DNA of 57,544 bases, taken from NCBI GenBank assembly GCA_947085355.1, contig CAMTWF010000109.1, positions 1-57,544 of the forward strand, written 5' to 3'. Positions 23,758 to 32,730 of this stretch are shown in pieces. The translations under genes and the position numbers were made by a program. The notes beneath the pieces are model-generated. The model searched no databases and was not told the DNA's origin. It worked only from the letters and a program-made list of their open reading frames with translations. This DNA comes from an uncultured delta proteobacterium (GTDB lineage: Bacteria > Myxococcota_A > Polyangia > DRWM01 > JAAZOP01). Position 1 is the first letter of the stretch, and every line of letters starts with the position of its first letter.

Positions 23758-24702
23758 GTGCGGAGGCGATCGATGCAACCGATTTCGGATTTCGGATTTC
23801 GGATTTCGGATTCCGGCACACCGCGGCTCGGCTGCGACGTGCGGCAGGCAGGTGGTGTTCCTCCAATCCGAAATCCGAAATCCGAAATCCGAAATCGCAG
23901 GTCCGGCCTGCTCGCTCTCACGGCGTTGGCGGCGGGAGGATCCGCGCACTGCGCGCCGACGGGCGGCGAGACCGCGTCGGGGCCGTCGTACGCCAGGTCG
24001 GCGGAGGAGAACTACGAGCGCGGAATGGAGGCGCTCGAATCGGACAACTGCGTCGACGCGCAGCGGTACTTCGAGCAGGTGATGCGGCGGTTCCCGTACA
24101 GTCGCGCGGCGACGCTGTCGAGGCTGCGGATGGCGGACTGCGATTTCGAGCAGGGTAACTACCGGGCGGCGGCGACGGGGTACCGGGGGTTCATCGAACG
24201 CTACCCGTCGGACGAGATGGTGGACTACGCGATGTTCCGCAGGGGGCTGTCGCACTTCGAGTTGATCCCTTCGTCGTGGTTCGTCCTGCCGGCGTCGCAC
24301 GAGCGGGATCAGACGCCGACGCGCGAGGCGCTGCGGGAGCTGCGCGAGTTCGTGGACCGGTTTCCGGCCAGCGCCCACGTCGACGAGGCGCGGGCGAGGA
24401 TCCGCGACTGCCTGGCCGAGCTGGCGCGGTCCGAGTTGTCCGTGGCGGAGTTCTACCTCGATCGCGGCCGGCCGGCCGCGGCGGCGCGGCGGGCGCGCGT
24501 CGTGCTGCGGGAGTACCCCGAGTCCGGCCTGGCGCCGGAGGCGCTGCTGATGCTCGGGATAGTCGCGCTCGACGCCGGCGACCGCGACGCGGCGCTGAGC
24601 TACTTCGGCCTGCTGGCCGCGCGCCACCGGGAGTCGCACGAGGCGTCGAGGGCGTTGCGCTACCTTCGGTTCATGCAGGGGACCGCCGAGGGGGGGGACT
24701 AG
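23758..24702 (+). CDS. bamD: Outer-membrane protein assembly factor BamD (YfiO) lipoprotein
   Basis: LLALTALAAGGSAHC is signal-like. It is followed by SAEENYERGMEALESDNCVDAQRYFEQVMRRFPYS..A..S.LRMADC.FEQGNY..A...Y..FI..YPS TPR-like repeats typical of BamD. No ATG/GTG/TTG lies just upstream of the signal peptide. The only in-frame starts (GTG 23758, ATG 23773) lie upstream of the hairpin repeat, so any N-terminus translated from them includes repeat-encoded residues; the start is uncertain. Confidence 0.8.
   Translation: MRRRSMQPISDFGFRISDSGTPRLGCDVRQAGGVPPIRNPKSEIRNRRSGLLALTALAAGGSAHCAPTGGETASGPSYARSAEENYERGMEALESDNCVDAQRYFEQVMRRFPYSRAATLSRLRMADCDFEQGNYRAAATGYRGFIERYPSDEMVDYAMFRRGLSHFELIPSSWFVLPASHERDQTPTREALRELREFVDRFPASAHVDEARARIRDCLAELARSELSVAEFYLDRGRPAAAARRARVVLREYPESGLAPEALLMLGIVALDAGDRDAALSYFGLLAARHRESHEASRALRYLRFMQGTAEGGD
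23781..23897. repeat. Inverted pair of heptamer arrays: (GATTTCG)x5 ... 49-nt spacer ... (AATCCGA)x4.7; potential long hairpin
   Basis: Arm 23781-23815 is the reverse complement of arm 23865-23897. Confidence 0.9.
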
Positions 24703-24740
24703 GCCGAGGCGCGGCCGGTCCGGCGCGCCCGGAGGAACTC

Positions 24741-25475
24741 ATGGACGATTCGATCAAGAGCATGCTCGCGAAGGCGCGCGAGCACTACCGGCGGAAGGAG
24801 TTCGCCGCCGCCGGGCCGTTCCTCGAAAGGGTGGTCGCGGAAGGCGGCGCGTTCGCGGACGTCCACAACATGCTGGGCGTGATCCACCACGACGCCGGCG
24901 ATCTCGCGCGCGCACGGGAGCAGTTCGAGGCCGCCCTGCGGATCAACCCGAACTACACCGAGGCGATCCTGAACCTGACCGTCACGTACAACGAGACCGG
25001 CCGCTACGACGACGCCAAGAAGCTGATGGAGCATCTGGGCGGCGCCGGCGTCGCGGGGAGTTCGAGGCTCGAACCGTTCGCCAAGGGGAAGATCGCCAAC
25101 CTGCACGCGGACGTGTCGCAGGCGTACCACGACGTGGGGCTCATGGACGAGGCGATCGCCGAGATGTCCAAGGCGATCGGGTTGTGTCCCGAGTTCGCCG
25201 ACCTGCACGTCCGTCTGGGCAACCTCCTGACCGAGGCGCAGCGCCCGTCCGAGGCGTTCGCGCGGTACCAGGAGGCGGTCCGCCTGCGTCCCGACTACCT
25301 GCAGGCCAAGATCCACCTCGGCATCGCCCACCACAAGGCGGGCCGCCGCGCCGAGGCGGTCGACTGCTGGCGATCGGTCCTGGAGAAGGACCCGGCCAGC
25401 CGCTCGGCCCGGATGTACCTGCGCCTCGCCGGCGAGCCGGTGCCGGATCCGCCCGACACGTCCGGCGATCGCTGA
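24741..25475 (+). CDS. TPR-repeat protein (244 aa)
   Basis: ATG 24741 follows GGAGGA. It contains several 34-aa TPR units (A..F..AL.INPNY.EA..NL...Y...G.YD.A). Confidence 0.8.
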   Translation: MDDSIKSMLAKAREHYRRKEFAAAGPFLERVVAEGGAFADVHNMLGVIHHDAGDLARAREQFEAALRINPNYTEAILNLTVTYNETGRYDDAKKLMEHLGGAGVAGSSRLEPFAKGKIANLHADVSQAYHDVGLMDEAIAEMSKAIGLCPEFADLHVRLGNLLTEAQRPSEAFARYQEAVRLRPDYLQAKIHLGIAHHKAGRRAEAVDCWRSVLEKDPASRSARMYLRLAGEPVPDPPDTSGDR

Positions 25476-25508
25476 ACGCGGCGCAGCGCACGGCGGCATG
25501 CGTGCGCC

Positions 25509-27368
25509 CTACTCGTCCAGCATGCACCACAGGACGTAGGTGTCCTCTTCGATCGCGGCATGGACGCGCCGGCCCGTCTTGCGGAACAGCGCGATCATCG
25601 CCTGGTTGGTCGGGAACATCTCTGCGCGCAGGCCCGAGACGCCCCGGCCGCCGCCGACGCGCACGAGTTCGCGCAGGAGCTGCGTCCCGATCCCCATCCG
25701 CCGCCACCGCTCGGCCACGATGAACGCCACCTCGGCCATCCTCGTCGCCGGGTCGACGATCGAGTGGGCGACGCCGAGGATGCGTTCGCCGGCCGTCGTG
25801 TCCACGGTTGCGACCAGCGCCATCCGATTCTCGCAATCGGGCACGACCATCGGCTGCACGACGCTTCGCGGGAACCGCCGCACGTGGCCCATGAACCGCA
25901 TCCGCACGTCGTCCTCGGAGAGCGCGTACAGCAGGTCCGTGAGGCCGCGCTCGTCCGGCGGGCGGGCGGGACGCGTCCGCAGGACGAGCCCGCCGGCCGT
26001 GGCGAAGGTCGACTCCCACTCGCCTCCCGGAGGCGAATCGAACGCGGGGATGCACTGGTCCGCCCATGCGTAGCCGAGACGTTTGGCCGCATCGAGCAGC
26101 CACGGCCGGAACCGGGGGTGCGCCACCCCGATCAGCTCCAGCGCACGCTCGCGGATCGACCTCCCGGCCAGGTCCGCGACGCCCCACTCGGTCACGACGA
26201 ACTCCACGTCGCCGCGCGTCGTCATCACGCCGGCCCCCTCGCGCAGGGTGGGCACGATGCGGCTCGCCTCGCCGCCGAGCGCCGTCGACGGCAGCGCGAT
26301 GACCGACCTGCCGCCTTCCGAGCGGGCGGCGCCGCGGACGAAGTCGACCTGCGAGCCGATCCCCGAGATGAAGCGCGGCCCGATCGAGTCGGCGCACACC
26401 TGGCCCGTGAGATCCACCTCGATGGCCGAGTTGATCGCGACCACCTTCGGGTTGCGCGCGATGACGAACGGATCGCCGACGTAGTCCGCCGGGTGGAACT
26501 CGAACGTCTCGTTGCGGTCGACGCAGTCGTACACCCTGCGGCTTCCCATGCAGAACGTCGCGACGATCTTGCCTGCGTCGATCGCCTTGCGCGCACCGGT
26601 GACGGCGCCCGACATCACCAGGTCGATCAGGCCGTCGGAGAACATCTCGGTGTGGACGCCGAGGTCCTTCCTGCCGGCCAGGGCGGCCAACACGGCGTCC
26701 GGAACGCGGCCGATGCCGGCCTGGATCGTGGCGCCGTCGTCGACGAGGCGGGCGACGTTCCGGCCGATCAGCCGCGTCGTCTCGTCGGGGGCCCGCGGGC
26801 GCCATTCGAGGAGTTCCTCATCGAACGGCACGAGCGCGCCGATCCGGTCCACGTGGATCAGGCTGTCGCCGCAGGTGCGCGGCATCCTGGGGTTGACCTG
26901 CGCGACGACGAACCGCGCGGCCTCGGCCGCGGCCTTCATCGCTTCGACGCCGATGCCGTACGAGCACCAGCCGTTCTCGTCGGGCGGGGAGACGTGGACG
27001 AGCGCGACGTCGACGCGGATCCGCCCGCGACGGATCAGTCGGGGCACGTCCGAGAGGGAGACCGGCGTGTAGTCGGCACGGCCGGCCGCCACCGCCGCGC
27101 GGGCGCCGGCGCCGATGAACGGCGCGTTGAGCCGCAGGGCGTCGGCGAACCGCTCGTCGCACAGCGAGGTCTCGCCGAGGCCGAGCAGGTGGGTCACCTC
27201 GTTGCCGCCCAGATCGTCGGCCATGGCCGCCAGCTCACGCACGAGGCGCCGCGGCTCGGCGCACCCCGACCCGACGAACACGTGGTCGCCGGGGCGCACC
27301 TCCCGCAGGGCCGCGCGGGCATCCACCACCTTGCCGGACCAGCGACCCTGCCCCCCATCCGTCGTCAT
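25509..27368 (-). CDS. Acetyl-CoA hydrolase/transferase-family (4-hydroxybutyrate CoA-transferase-like) domain fused to a C-terminal GNAT acetyltransferase
   Basis: The N-part reads GDHVFVGSGCAEP..L...L, IQAGIGRVPDAVL, HTEMFSDG, AINSAIEVDLTGQVCADS.G....SGIGSQVDF.RGA. The C-part reads RMALVATV......ILGVAH......MAEVAFIVAERWRRMGIGTQLL (GNAT motif A). ATG 27368 forms an ATGA overlap with panE. Confidence 0.85.
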   Translation of the reverse strand: MTTDGGQGRWSGKVVDARAALREVRPGDHVFVGSGCAEPRRLVRELAAMADDLGGNEVTHLLGLGETSLCDERFADALRLNAPFIGAGARAAVAAGRADYTPVSLSDVPRLIRRGRIRVDVALVHVSPPDENGWCSYGIGVEAMKAAAEAARFVVAQVNPRMPRTCGDSLIHVDRIGALVPFDEELLEWRPRAPDETTRLIGRNVARLVDDGATIQAGIGRVPDAVLAALAGRKDLGVHTEMFSDGLIDLVMSGAVTGARKAIDAGKIVATFCMGSRRVYDCVDRNETFEFHPADYVGDPFVIARNPKVVAINSAIEVDLTGQVCADSIGPRFISGIGSQVDFVRGAARSEGGRSVIALPSTALGGEASRIVPTLREGAGVMTTRGDVEFVVTEWGVADLAGRSIRERALELIGVAHPRFRPWLLDAAKRLGYAWADQCIPAFDSPPGGEWESTFATAGGLVLRTRPARPPDERGLTDLLYALSEDDVRMRFMGHVRRFPRSVVQPMVVPDCENRMALVATVDTTAGERILGVAHSIVDPATRMAEVAFIVAERWRRMGIGTQLLRELVRVGGGRGVSGLRAEMFPTNQAMIALFRKTGRRVHAAIEEDTYVLWCMLDE

Positions 27369-28315
27369 CGGCGCGCCTCGGCGGCCCGCGCGCCTTCCAG
27401 GGCGCGCACCAGGGCGGCCAGAACGGCGTTGACGGGCGTGGCGACTCCGTGGCGTTCGCCGAGCCGCGCCACGGCGCCGTTGATCCGGTCGATCTCCGTC
27501 CTGCGCCCGGCCTCGATGTCCGACAGCATGCTCGATCGGTTGGCCGCGGTCCGCCTCGCCACTTCGCGCGCCATCGACACGGTCTGGGCGCCGTCCAGCG
27601 GCACACCCGCCGCACCCGCCACCGCCGCCGCCTCCAGCACCGCCGCCTCCAGCAGCGAGTCCGCGTCGGCGTCGCGGACCACGAAGCCGTTGGGCACGCC
27701 GAGCAGCGCGGTGAGCGCGTTGATGCCGGCGTTGACCGCCAGCTTCGACCAGATGCGGGACGCCACGTCCGACACCGCGCGCGCCGGCACGCCCGCCGCC
27801 GTCAACGTCGCGGCGATCCGCTCGGCCCTCTCGGACACGCCGCCGCCCACCTCTCCGACGAACGTGTCGCCCTCTCCGGCGTGCCGTACGCGGCCGGGGC
27901 CGAGGCGCCGGCAGCCCATCGTCGTCGTCCCGCCCAGCACGCGTTGGGCCCCGACGATCCCCGCGATCGCCTCGACGTTCCCGATGCCGTTCTGGAGCGT
28001 CACGACGGCCGTGGCGGGGCCGACCGCGGCGGAGTGGGCACGCATCGCGGCCGCGGTGTCGCACGCCTTGACCGCCACCACCACGACGTCGACGGGGCCG
28101 ACGGCCCCGGCATCCCAGGCAGCTCGCGCCTCCACCTCAAGGTCGCCGCGGACCCCCTCGACGCGAATGCCCGATCGCGCCAGCGCCTCGGCCGACTCGC
28201 GATCGCGGTGCAGGAGAACGACGTCGAGGCCGCCCCGGGTCAGGTAGGCCCCCAGCGTGCACCCGATCGCACCGGGCCCGACAATCGCGATCCTCACGCG
28301 ATGCGCGTACCACAT
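27365..28315 (-). CDS. panE: 2-dehydropantoate 2-reductase (PanE/ApbA family)
   Basis: RIAIVGPGAIGCTLGAYL (Rossmann) ... VVVVAVKA ... LQNGIG ... IWSKLAVNAGINALTALL ... SMLSDIEAGRRTEID.INGAV. Start is ATG 28315, or GTG 28297. ATG 28336 would translate hairpin-repeat DNA (MLTADRH). Confidence 0.85.
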   Translation of the reverse strand: MWYAHRVRIAIVGPGAIGCTLGAYLTRGGLDVVLLHRDRESAEALARSGIRVEGVRGDLEVEARAAWDAGAVGPVDVVVVAVKACDTAAAMRAHSAAVGPATAVVTLQNGIGNVEAIAGIVGAQRVLGGTTTMGCRRLGPGRVRHAGEGDTFVGEVGGGVSERAERIAATLTAAGVPARAVSDVASRIWSKLAVNAGINALTALLGVPNGFVVRDADADSLLEAAVLEAAAVAGAAGVPLDGAQTVSMAREVARRTAANRSSMLSDIEAGRRTEIDRINGAVARLGERHGVATPVNAVLAALVRALEGARAAEARR

Positions 28316-28321
28316 ATGGCG

Positions 28322-28383
28322 GTCGGCAGTCAGCATCGGGAGGAATGATACCTCGAAGCTGAGTGCTGACTGCTGACTGCTCA
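28322..28383. repeat. CAGTCAG/CTGACTG-family inverted heptamer repeat (hairpin)
   Basis: gtcggcagtcagcatc ... gggaggaatgatacctcgaagct ... gagtgctgactgctgactgctc. The spacer shares ggaggaat with the 29070-29139 copy. Confidence 0.8.
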
Positions 28384-28638
28384 GGCGGCGGTGACTTCGA
28401 TGGTGGGGGTTTGTGGTCGAGGGGTCTTCATCCGGATGACGACCACGGCGTTGCCGGCGCGCTTTTCCGCGTCTGCGGTGTTCAAGTTCGCCGCGGCCAG
28501 TTCGGCGTCGTCGTCCGGAACGAACACGAGAACCGCCCGCGGAGGAATGCGATCCAGCACGTCAGGGTTCGCGAAAACGTAGCGCATCCACTCGGCATGC
28601 AGGTCGAGATTGCGCTCCACCATCTGGTCGGCGGTCAT
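28381..28638 (-). CDS. Small hypothetical protein (85 aa), second gene of a two-gene cassette
   Basis: ATG 28638 forms an ATGA overlap with the upstream stop. The protein reads MTADQMVERNLDLHAEWMRYVFANPDVLDRIPPRAVLVFVPDDDAELAAANL... The track ORF 28381..29169 extends far upstream through non-coding DNA. Confidence 0.6.
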   Translation of the reverse strand: MTADQMVERNLDLHAEWMRYVFANPDVLDRIPPRAVLVFVPDDDAELAAANLNTADAEKRAGNAVVVIRMKTPRPQTPTIEVTAA

Positions 28639-28901
28639 GGCAACATCTCCTTCCTGTCGAAACGTGCCCGATACTCGGGCCACCGGGCCTTCAGCTCCAG
28701 CGACGCGAAGGTGAAGGCCAGATTCCGGTTGGCGAACGGCAGCGGCATCTTCAGGCGATGACCGTCCGGAAAGAACTCGTCCCGGTGCACGAAGCCATGG
28801 GCGGTGTCGTAGCGGACGACAGCGTGCCAGGTTCCCCCGACGAGCGCCTCGTACTGCACGACGAACTCCACGATTCGCCCGGCTGCTTTCGTGGCGCGCA
28901 C
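28635..28901 (-). CDS. Small hypothetical protein (88 aa), first gene of a two-gene cassette; possibly N-terminally truncated
   Basis: GTG 28901 begins RATKAAGRIVEFVVQYEALVGGTWHAVVRYDTAHGFVHRDEFFPDGH. The in-frame upstream sequence (TPEIEYTLRLDRDGANRLRV) still looks protein-like but has no ATG/GTG/TTG. Confidence 0.55.
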   Translation of the reverse strand: MRATKAAGRIVEFVVQYEALVGGTWHAVVRYDTAHGFVHRDEFFPDGHRLKMPLPFANRNLAFTFASLELKARWPEYRARFDRKEMLP

Positions 28902-29069
28902 GCGCAGGCGGTTGGCTCCATCCCGGTCGAGCCGTAGCGTGTACTCGATCTCGGGCGTTCCCGTCGATCCGGGACATGCGTCCCACCCGGACCATCTCCT
29001 CGGGAAGGAATGTAGACCACAGTCCGGCGATCTGCAAAAGGCCGCCTGTTGTCGATGCAGGAGCGCGAG

Positions 29070-29139
29070 CAGTCGGCAGTCGGCAGTCAGCAGTCAGCTT
29101 GGAGGAATCGTCCCTCCTGATGCTGACTGCCGACTGCTG
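29070..29139. repeat. CAGTCGG/CAGTCAG inverted heptamer repeat (hairpin)
   Basis: (cagtcgg)x2(cagtcag)x2 at 29070-29098, spacer ttggaggaatcgtccctcctgat, then gctgactgccgactgctg at 29122-29139. Confidence 0.9.
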
Positions 29140-29241
29140 CTTGCCGCCCCCCGGTTTTTCGGGTTTCATCCCGTGAACGAGCCCGTGCCCGCGCCCGAGC
29201 CCGATCTCGCGGAGGAGGAAGGGATCGGGCTCGGGCTCGGG
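29140..29241 (+). promoter_or_regulatory. Dispersed leader element, copy 1 (upstream of leuS): TTGCCG-N17-TTTCAT promoter-like module followed by a GC-rich hairpin
   Basis: cTTGCCG (29141-29146), 17-nt spacer ccccccggtttttcggg, TTTCAT (29164-29169). Then cccgtgaacgagcccgtgcccgcgcccgagcccga ... tcgggctcgggctcggg. It ends 14 nt before the leuS ATG. About 85-90% identical to the copies at 37583-37695 and 44251-44325. Confidence 0.55.
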
Positions 29242-29254
29242 AAAAGAGGTATCG

Positions 29255-31873
29255 ATGGCGGAGCGGAAGTACCGGCCGGGGGAGGTGGAGGGGAAGTGGC
29301 GGCAGGTGTGGGAGGACCGCGGGCTGTTCCGCGCTCCGGACGTCCCCGGTCCGGAGCACTGCTACGTGCTCGAGATGTTCCCGTATCCGTCCGGCCGTCT
29401 GCACATGGGCCACGTCCGCAACTACGCGATCGGCGACGCGGTGGCGCGTTTCCGGCGGATGCGCGGCGCGACGGTGCTGCACCCGATGGGGTGGGATGCG
29501 TTCGGGCTCCCGGCCGAGCAGGCCGCGATCGAGCGGGGGCTGGATCCGGCCGAGTGGACCTTCGGGAACATCGCCCAGATGCGCAGCCAGCTCCGCCTGC
29601 TGGGACTTTCGTACGACTGGACCCGCGAGGTGACGACCTGCGTTCCCGAGTACTACCGTTGGGAGCAGCTCGTCTTCGTCCGCATGCAGCAGGCAGGCCT
29701 GGCCTACCGCCGCAAGTCGCTGGTCAACTGGTCAGAGGCGCTCCAGACGGTGCTCGCCAACGAGCAGGTGATCGACGGCCGCGACTACAAGCTGGGGGAA
29801 CCGGTCGTGCAGAGGGATCTGGAGCAGTGGTTCTTCCGGACGACGGCGTACGCCGAACGGCTGCTGGCCGGCCTCGACGCGCTGGAGGGGAAGTGGCCCG
29901 AGCGGGTCCTGTTGGAGCAGCGGGCGAGGATCGGGAAGAGCGTCGGGGCGGAGATCGCGTTCCCGCTGGAGAAGCCGGTGGCGGGGGAGAAGGCGATCGT
30001 CGTCTTCACGACGCGGCCCGACACGCTGTTCGGCGTCACGTTCATGAGCCTGGCGGCCGAGCATCCGCTGGCGATCGAGTTCGCCCGCGGCACGGAGCGC
30101 GAGCGGGAGGTGCGGGCCTTCGTCGAGCGCGTGCGCGGCGAGGACAAGCGCAGGCGGGTCGCGGAGGACCACGTCAAGGAGGGCGTGTTCACCGGCGCTC
30201 GATGCGTGAACCCCGCGACGGGCGAGCACGTGCCGATCTTCATCGCCGACTTCGTGCTGATGGATTACGGCACCGGCGCGGTGATGGCGGTGCCGGCGCA
30301 CGACCAGCGCGACTTCGAGCTCGCGCGCAAGTACGACCTGCCGATCCGCGTGGTCATCCGCCCACCCGACGGGACGCTCGACCCGGCGACGATGGAAGCC
30401 GCCTACGCCGGCGAAGGGGTGCAGGTCGCCTCCGGCGAGTTCGACGGGCTCCACAATACCGAGGGGATGCGGCGGATCGCCGAGTGGCTCCGGACGCGCG
30501 GCCGCGGCGGTCCGGCCGTCAGCTACCGCCTGCGCGACTGGTGCGTCTCGCGCCAGCGGTACTGGGGCTGTCCGATCCCGATGATCCACTGCCCGGGTTG
30601 CGGGATCGTACCCGTGCCCGAGTCGGACCTGCCGGTGGTGCTGCCGCGCGACGTCGCGTTCCAGGCGCACGGCGGCTCGCCGCTGGCGCGCCACCCGGCG
30701 TTCCCGAACGTCGCGTGCCCGCGCTGCCGCGAGCCCGCCCGGCGCGACCTCGACACGCTCGACACCTTCGTCGAGTCGTCCTGGTACTTCCTGCGCTACC
30801 TCGATCCGGCGTGGGACGGCGGCATCGCGCGCCCCGACCGCGTGTTGGGCTGGATGGCGGTGGATCTGTACATCGGGGGGATCGAGCACGCCGTCGGCCA
30901 CCTGATGTACGCCCGGTTCTATCACATGATGCTCAAGGACCTCGGCTTCCTCCCGCCGGGGACGCCCGACGAACCGTTCGAGCGTCTGCTGACCCAGGGG
31001 ATGGTGACGAAGGAGACGCACTACACGCTGGACGACGCCGGGAACCCGGTGTGGCACTACCCGGAGGACGTCGAGGACGGCCGGAGCCGGATCGACGGCA
31101 GGCCCGTGCAGGTGGGGCGCGTCGAGAAGATGTCCAAGTCGAGGCGCAACGTGGTCGGCCTGGAGGCGTTCGTGGAACGCTACGGGGCCGACACGGCGCG
31201 CCTCTTCGCGCTGTTCGCGGCGCCGCCGGAGAAGGACCTCGAATGGCGCGACGACGGCGTCGAAGGGTGCTGGCGGTTCCTGGCGCGGGTGTGGCGCATC
31301 GTGCACGAGGCCGCGGCGGCGCCGGCGGGCGGCGGCGAGCCGGTCCCGTTCGACGAGCTTGCGCCCGAATGGCAGGCGGTGACGAGGATGGTCCACCGGA
31401 CGATCCGGCGCGTGACGCACGACATCGACGCCAGGCTCCACTTCAACACCGCGCTGGCGGCGATCATGGAGCTGACGAATGCGATCGCGGCCGCTCCGCC
31501 GCCGTCGGCGTCGGAGCCGCCGGGAGCCGGCGCAGCCCGGCGCGAGGCGTCCGACGCGCTCCTGCGCCTGCTGTCGCCCTTTGCGCCGCACCTGTGCGAC
31601 GAGTTGTGGGAGACGCTCGGCGGCGCCGGCACGACGCTCGAAGCCGGCTGGCCCCGGTTCGACCCGGCCATCGCGGCGGCCGAGACGGTGACGATCGCGG
31701 TGCAGGTCGGTGGAAAACTGCGCGGGCAGGTCGAACTGCCGGCCGGCAGCGGCGAGGAGGAGACGGTTGCGGCCGCGCGGGCCGAGCCGAACGTCGCGCG
31801 CCACCTCGAAGGCAGGCGGGTCGTCCGCACCGTCTTCGTCCCGGGCCGCCTCGTCAACTTCGTGGTGAAGTGA
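29255..31873 (+). CDS. leuS: Leucyl-tRNA synthetase
   Basis: [25 protein letters not shown] (HIGH region), [10 protein letters not shown], the KMSKSRRN (KMSKS) motif, and 872 aa in total. Confidence 0.97.
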   Translation: MAERKYRPGEVEGKWRQVWEDRGLFRAPDVPGPEHCYVLEMFPYPSGRLHMGHVRNYAIGDAVARFRRMRGATVLHPMGWDAFGLPAEQAAIERGLDPAEWTFGNIAQMRSQLRLLGLSYDWTREVTTCVPEYYRWEQLVFVRMQQAGLAYRRKSLVNWSEALQTVLANEQVIDGRDYKLGEPVVQRDLEQWFFRTTAYAERLLAGLDALEGKWPERVLLEQRARIGKSVGAEIAFPLEKPVAGEKAIVVFTTRPDTLFGVTFMSLAAEHPLAIEFARGTEREREVRAFVERVRGEDKRRRVAEDHVKEGVFTGARCVNPATGEHVPIFIADFVLMDYGTGAVMAVPAHDQRDFELARKYDLPIRVVIRPPDGTLDPATMEAAYAGEGVQVASGEFDGLHNTEGMRRIAEWLRTRGRGGPAVSYRLRDWCVSRQRYWGCPIPMIHCPGCGIVPVPESDLPVVLPRDVAFQAHGGSPLARHPAFPNVACPRCREPARRDLDTLDTFVESSWYFLRYLDPAWDGGIARPDRVLGWMAVDLYIGGIEHAVGHLMYARFYHMMLKDLGFLPPGTPDEPFERLLTQGMVTKETHYTLDDAGNPVWHYPEDVEDGRSRIDGRPVQVGRVEKMSKSRRNVVGLEAFVERYGADTARLFALFAAPPEKDLEWRDDGVEGCWRFLARVWRIVHEAAAAPAGGGEPVPFDELAPEWQAVTRMVHRTIRRVTHDIDARLHFNTALAAIMELTNAIAAAPPPSASEPPGAGAARREASDALLRLLSPFAPHLCDELWETLGGAGTTLEAGWPRFDPAIAAAETVTIAVQVGGKLRGQVELPAGSGEEETVAAARAEPNVARHLEGRRVVRTVFVPGRLVNFVVK

Positions 31874-31898
31874 GCGGATCAGCGACGTGTCCATCCTC

Positions 31899-31940
31899 GT
31901 GGACGTGGACGTGGACGTGGACGTGGACGTGGACGTGGAC
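31899..31940. repeat. Hexamer tandem array (GTGGAC) x 7 in the leuS-lptE spacer
   Basis: Perfect period of 6, read directly. Confidence 0.95.
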
Positions 31941-31961
31941 GAACATCGCTCCCCCGGCAAG

Positions 31962-32465
31962 ATGTCGGCGCCGTTCGGTGCGGTGGCCGTCGCCGCGCTG
32001 ATCGGCGCGCTCCTGTTCGCCTCGTGCGGCTACTCGCTGGCCCAGACCGGCCGGACGGTGCGGCTGTCGATCTCGGCGCACGGTCCGGTCCGCCCCGATG
32101 CGGTCCCGGCCGTGCAGGCGGCGGTCGCGCGCCGGCTGCGCGAGGAGGGCATGAGGATCGGCACGGGCCCCCAGGCCGAGGATCTGGAGCTGATCGTGCT
32201 CGCGGCCGAGGAGGCGCCGGCGTTCCCGGCGGGATCGGCCGCCGCCGGGTTCGAGGCGGCGGCGTGGCTCGTGCGGCTCCGCGCCTCGGCCCGGATGCAC
32301 ACGGCCCAGGGCCGGTGGATCGACCTCGGGGAGTTCGAAGCAGACGGGCTGGAGCGCCCGGGGCGGACGGCCGCGTCGGACGGCGCCGCCCAGCGTTCCG
32401 CCTTCGCCGCCGCCGCGGAGGAACTCGCCGAGCGAATCGTCGGCGCCGTGCTGGGCGCGAGGTGA
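31962..32465 (+). CDS. lptE: LptE-like LPS-assembly lipoprotein
   Basis: ATG 31962 gives [24 protein letters not shown] (lipobox). It is ~167 aa and lies immediately after leuS, as in the conserved leuS-lptE arrangement. Sequence similarity itself is weak, and the track start 31887 would translate the hexamer array. Confidence 0.6.
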   Translation: MSAPFGAVAVAALIGALLFASCGYSLAQTGRTVRLSISAHGPVRPDAVPAVQAAVARRLREEGMRIGTGPQAEDLELIVLAAEEAPAFPAGSAAAGFEAAAWLVRLRASARMHTAQGRWIDLGEFEADGLERPGRTAASDGAAQRSAFAAAAEELAERIVGAVLGAR

Positions 32466-32555
32466 CCCCGCCCGGCGTCGCGCTTGACGCGCCGCCGGCT
32501 CATCCGTAGCGTGCGGCCATGGCAGGGACGGTCGGAGCAGACGTCGTCGAGGACA

Positions 32556-32690
32556 TCCATCGTGATCCGGGTGCCGGCCACGGCGTTCGAGGAGACGCTG
32601 GACGCTCCGGGCGGGATCGGCAGGGTCGTCGAGCGGACGGTGTCCGGCGAGGATGTTTCGGAGCAGTACTACGACCTGAACATCCGCCTT
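32556..32690 (+). pseudogene. Remnant resembling the central part of a DUF4349-family protein
   Basis: [45 protein letters not shown] matches the pattern l.lRVP...f...l..l..lG.v.....s.eDVt.qy.Dl..RL that I remember for DUF4349. There is no plausible N- or C-terminal continuation in any frame. Confidence 0.4.
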
Positions 32691-32730
32691 TCGTGTGGGA
32701 CTGATCCGGTCCCGGTGGTAGCGTCCGGGC

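Noticed and set aside
28381-29169. A 262-aa ORF beginning MKPEKPGGGKQQSAVSIRR. The same MKPEKPGGGK peptide appears in ORFs at 37018..37755 and 43208..44461.
   Set aside because: The shared peptide is the translation of the dispersed leader element and hairpin repeats. Only the last 85 codons (28381-28638) look like a gene.
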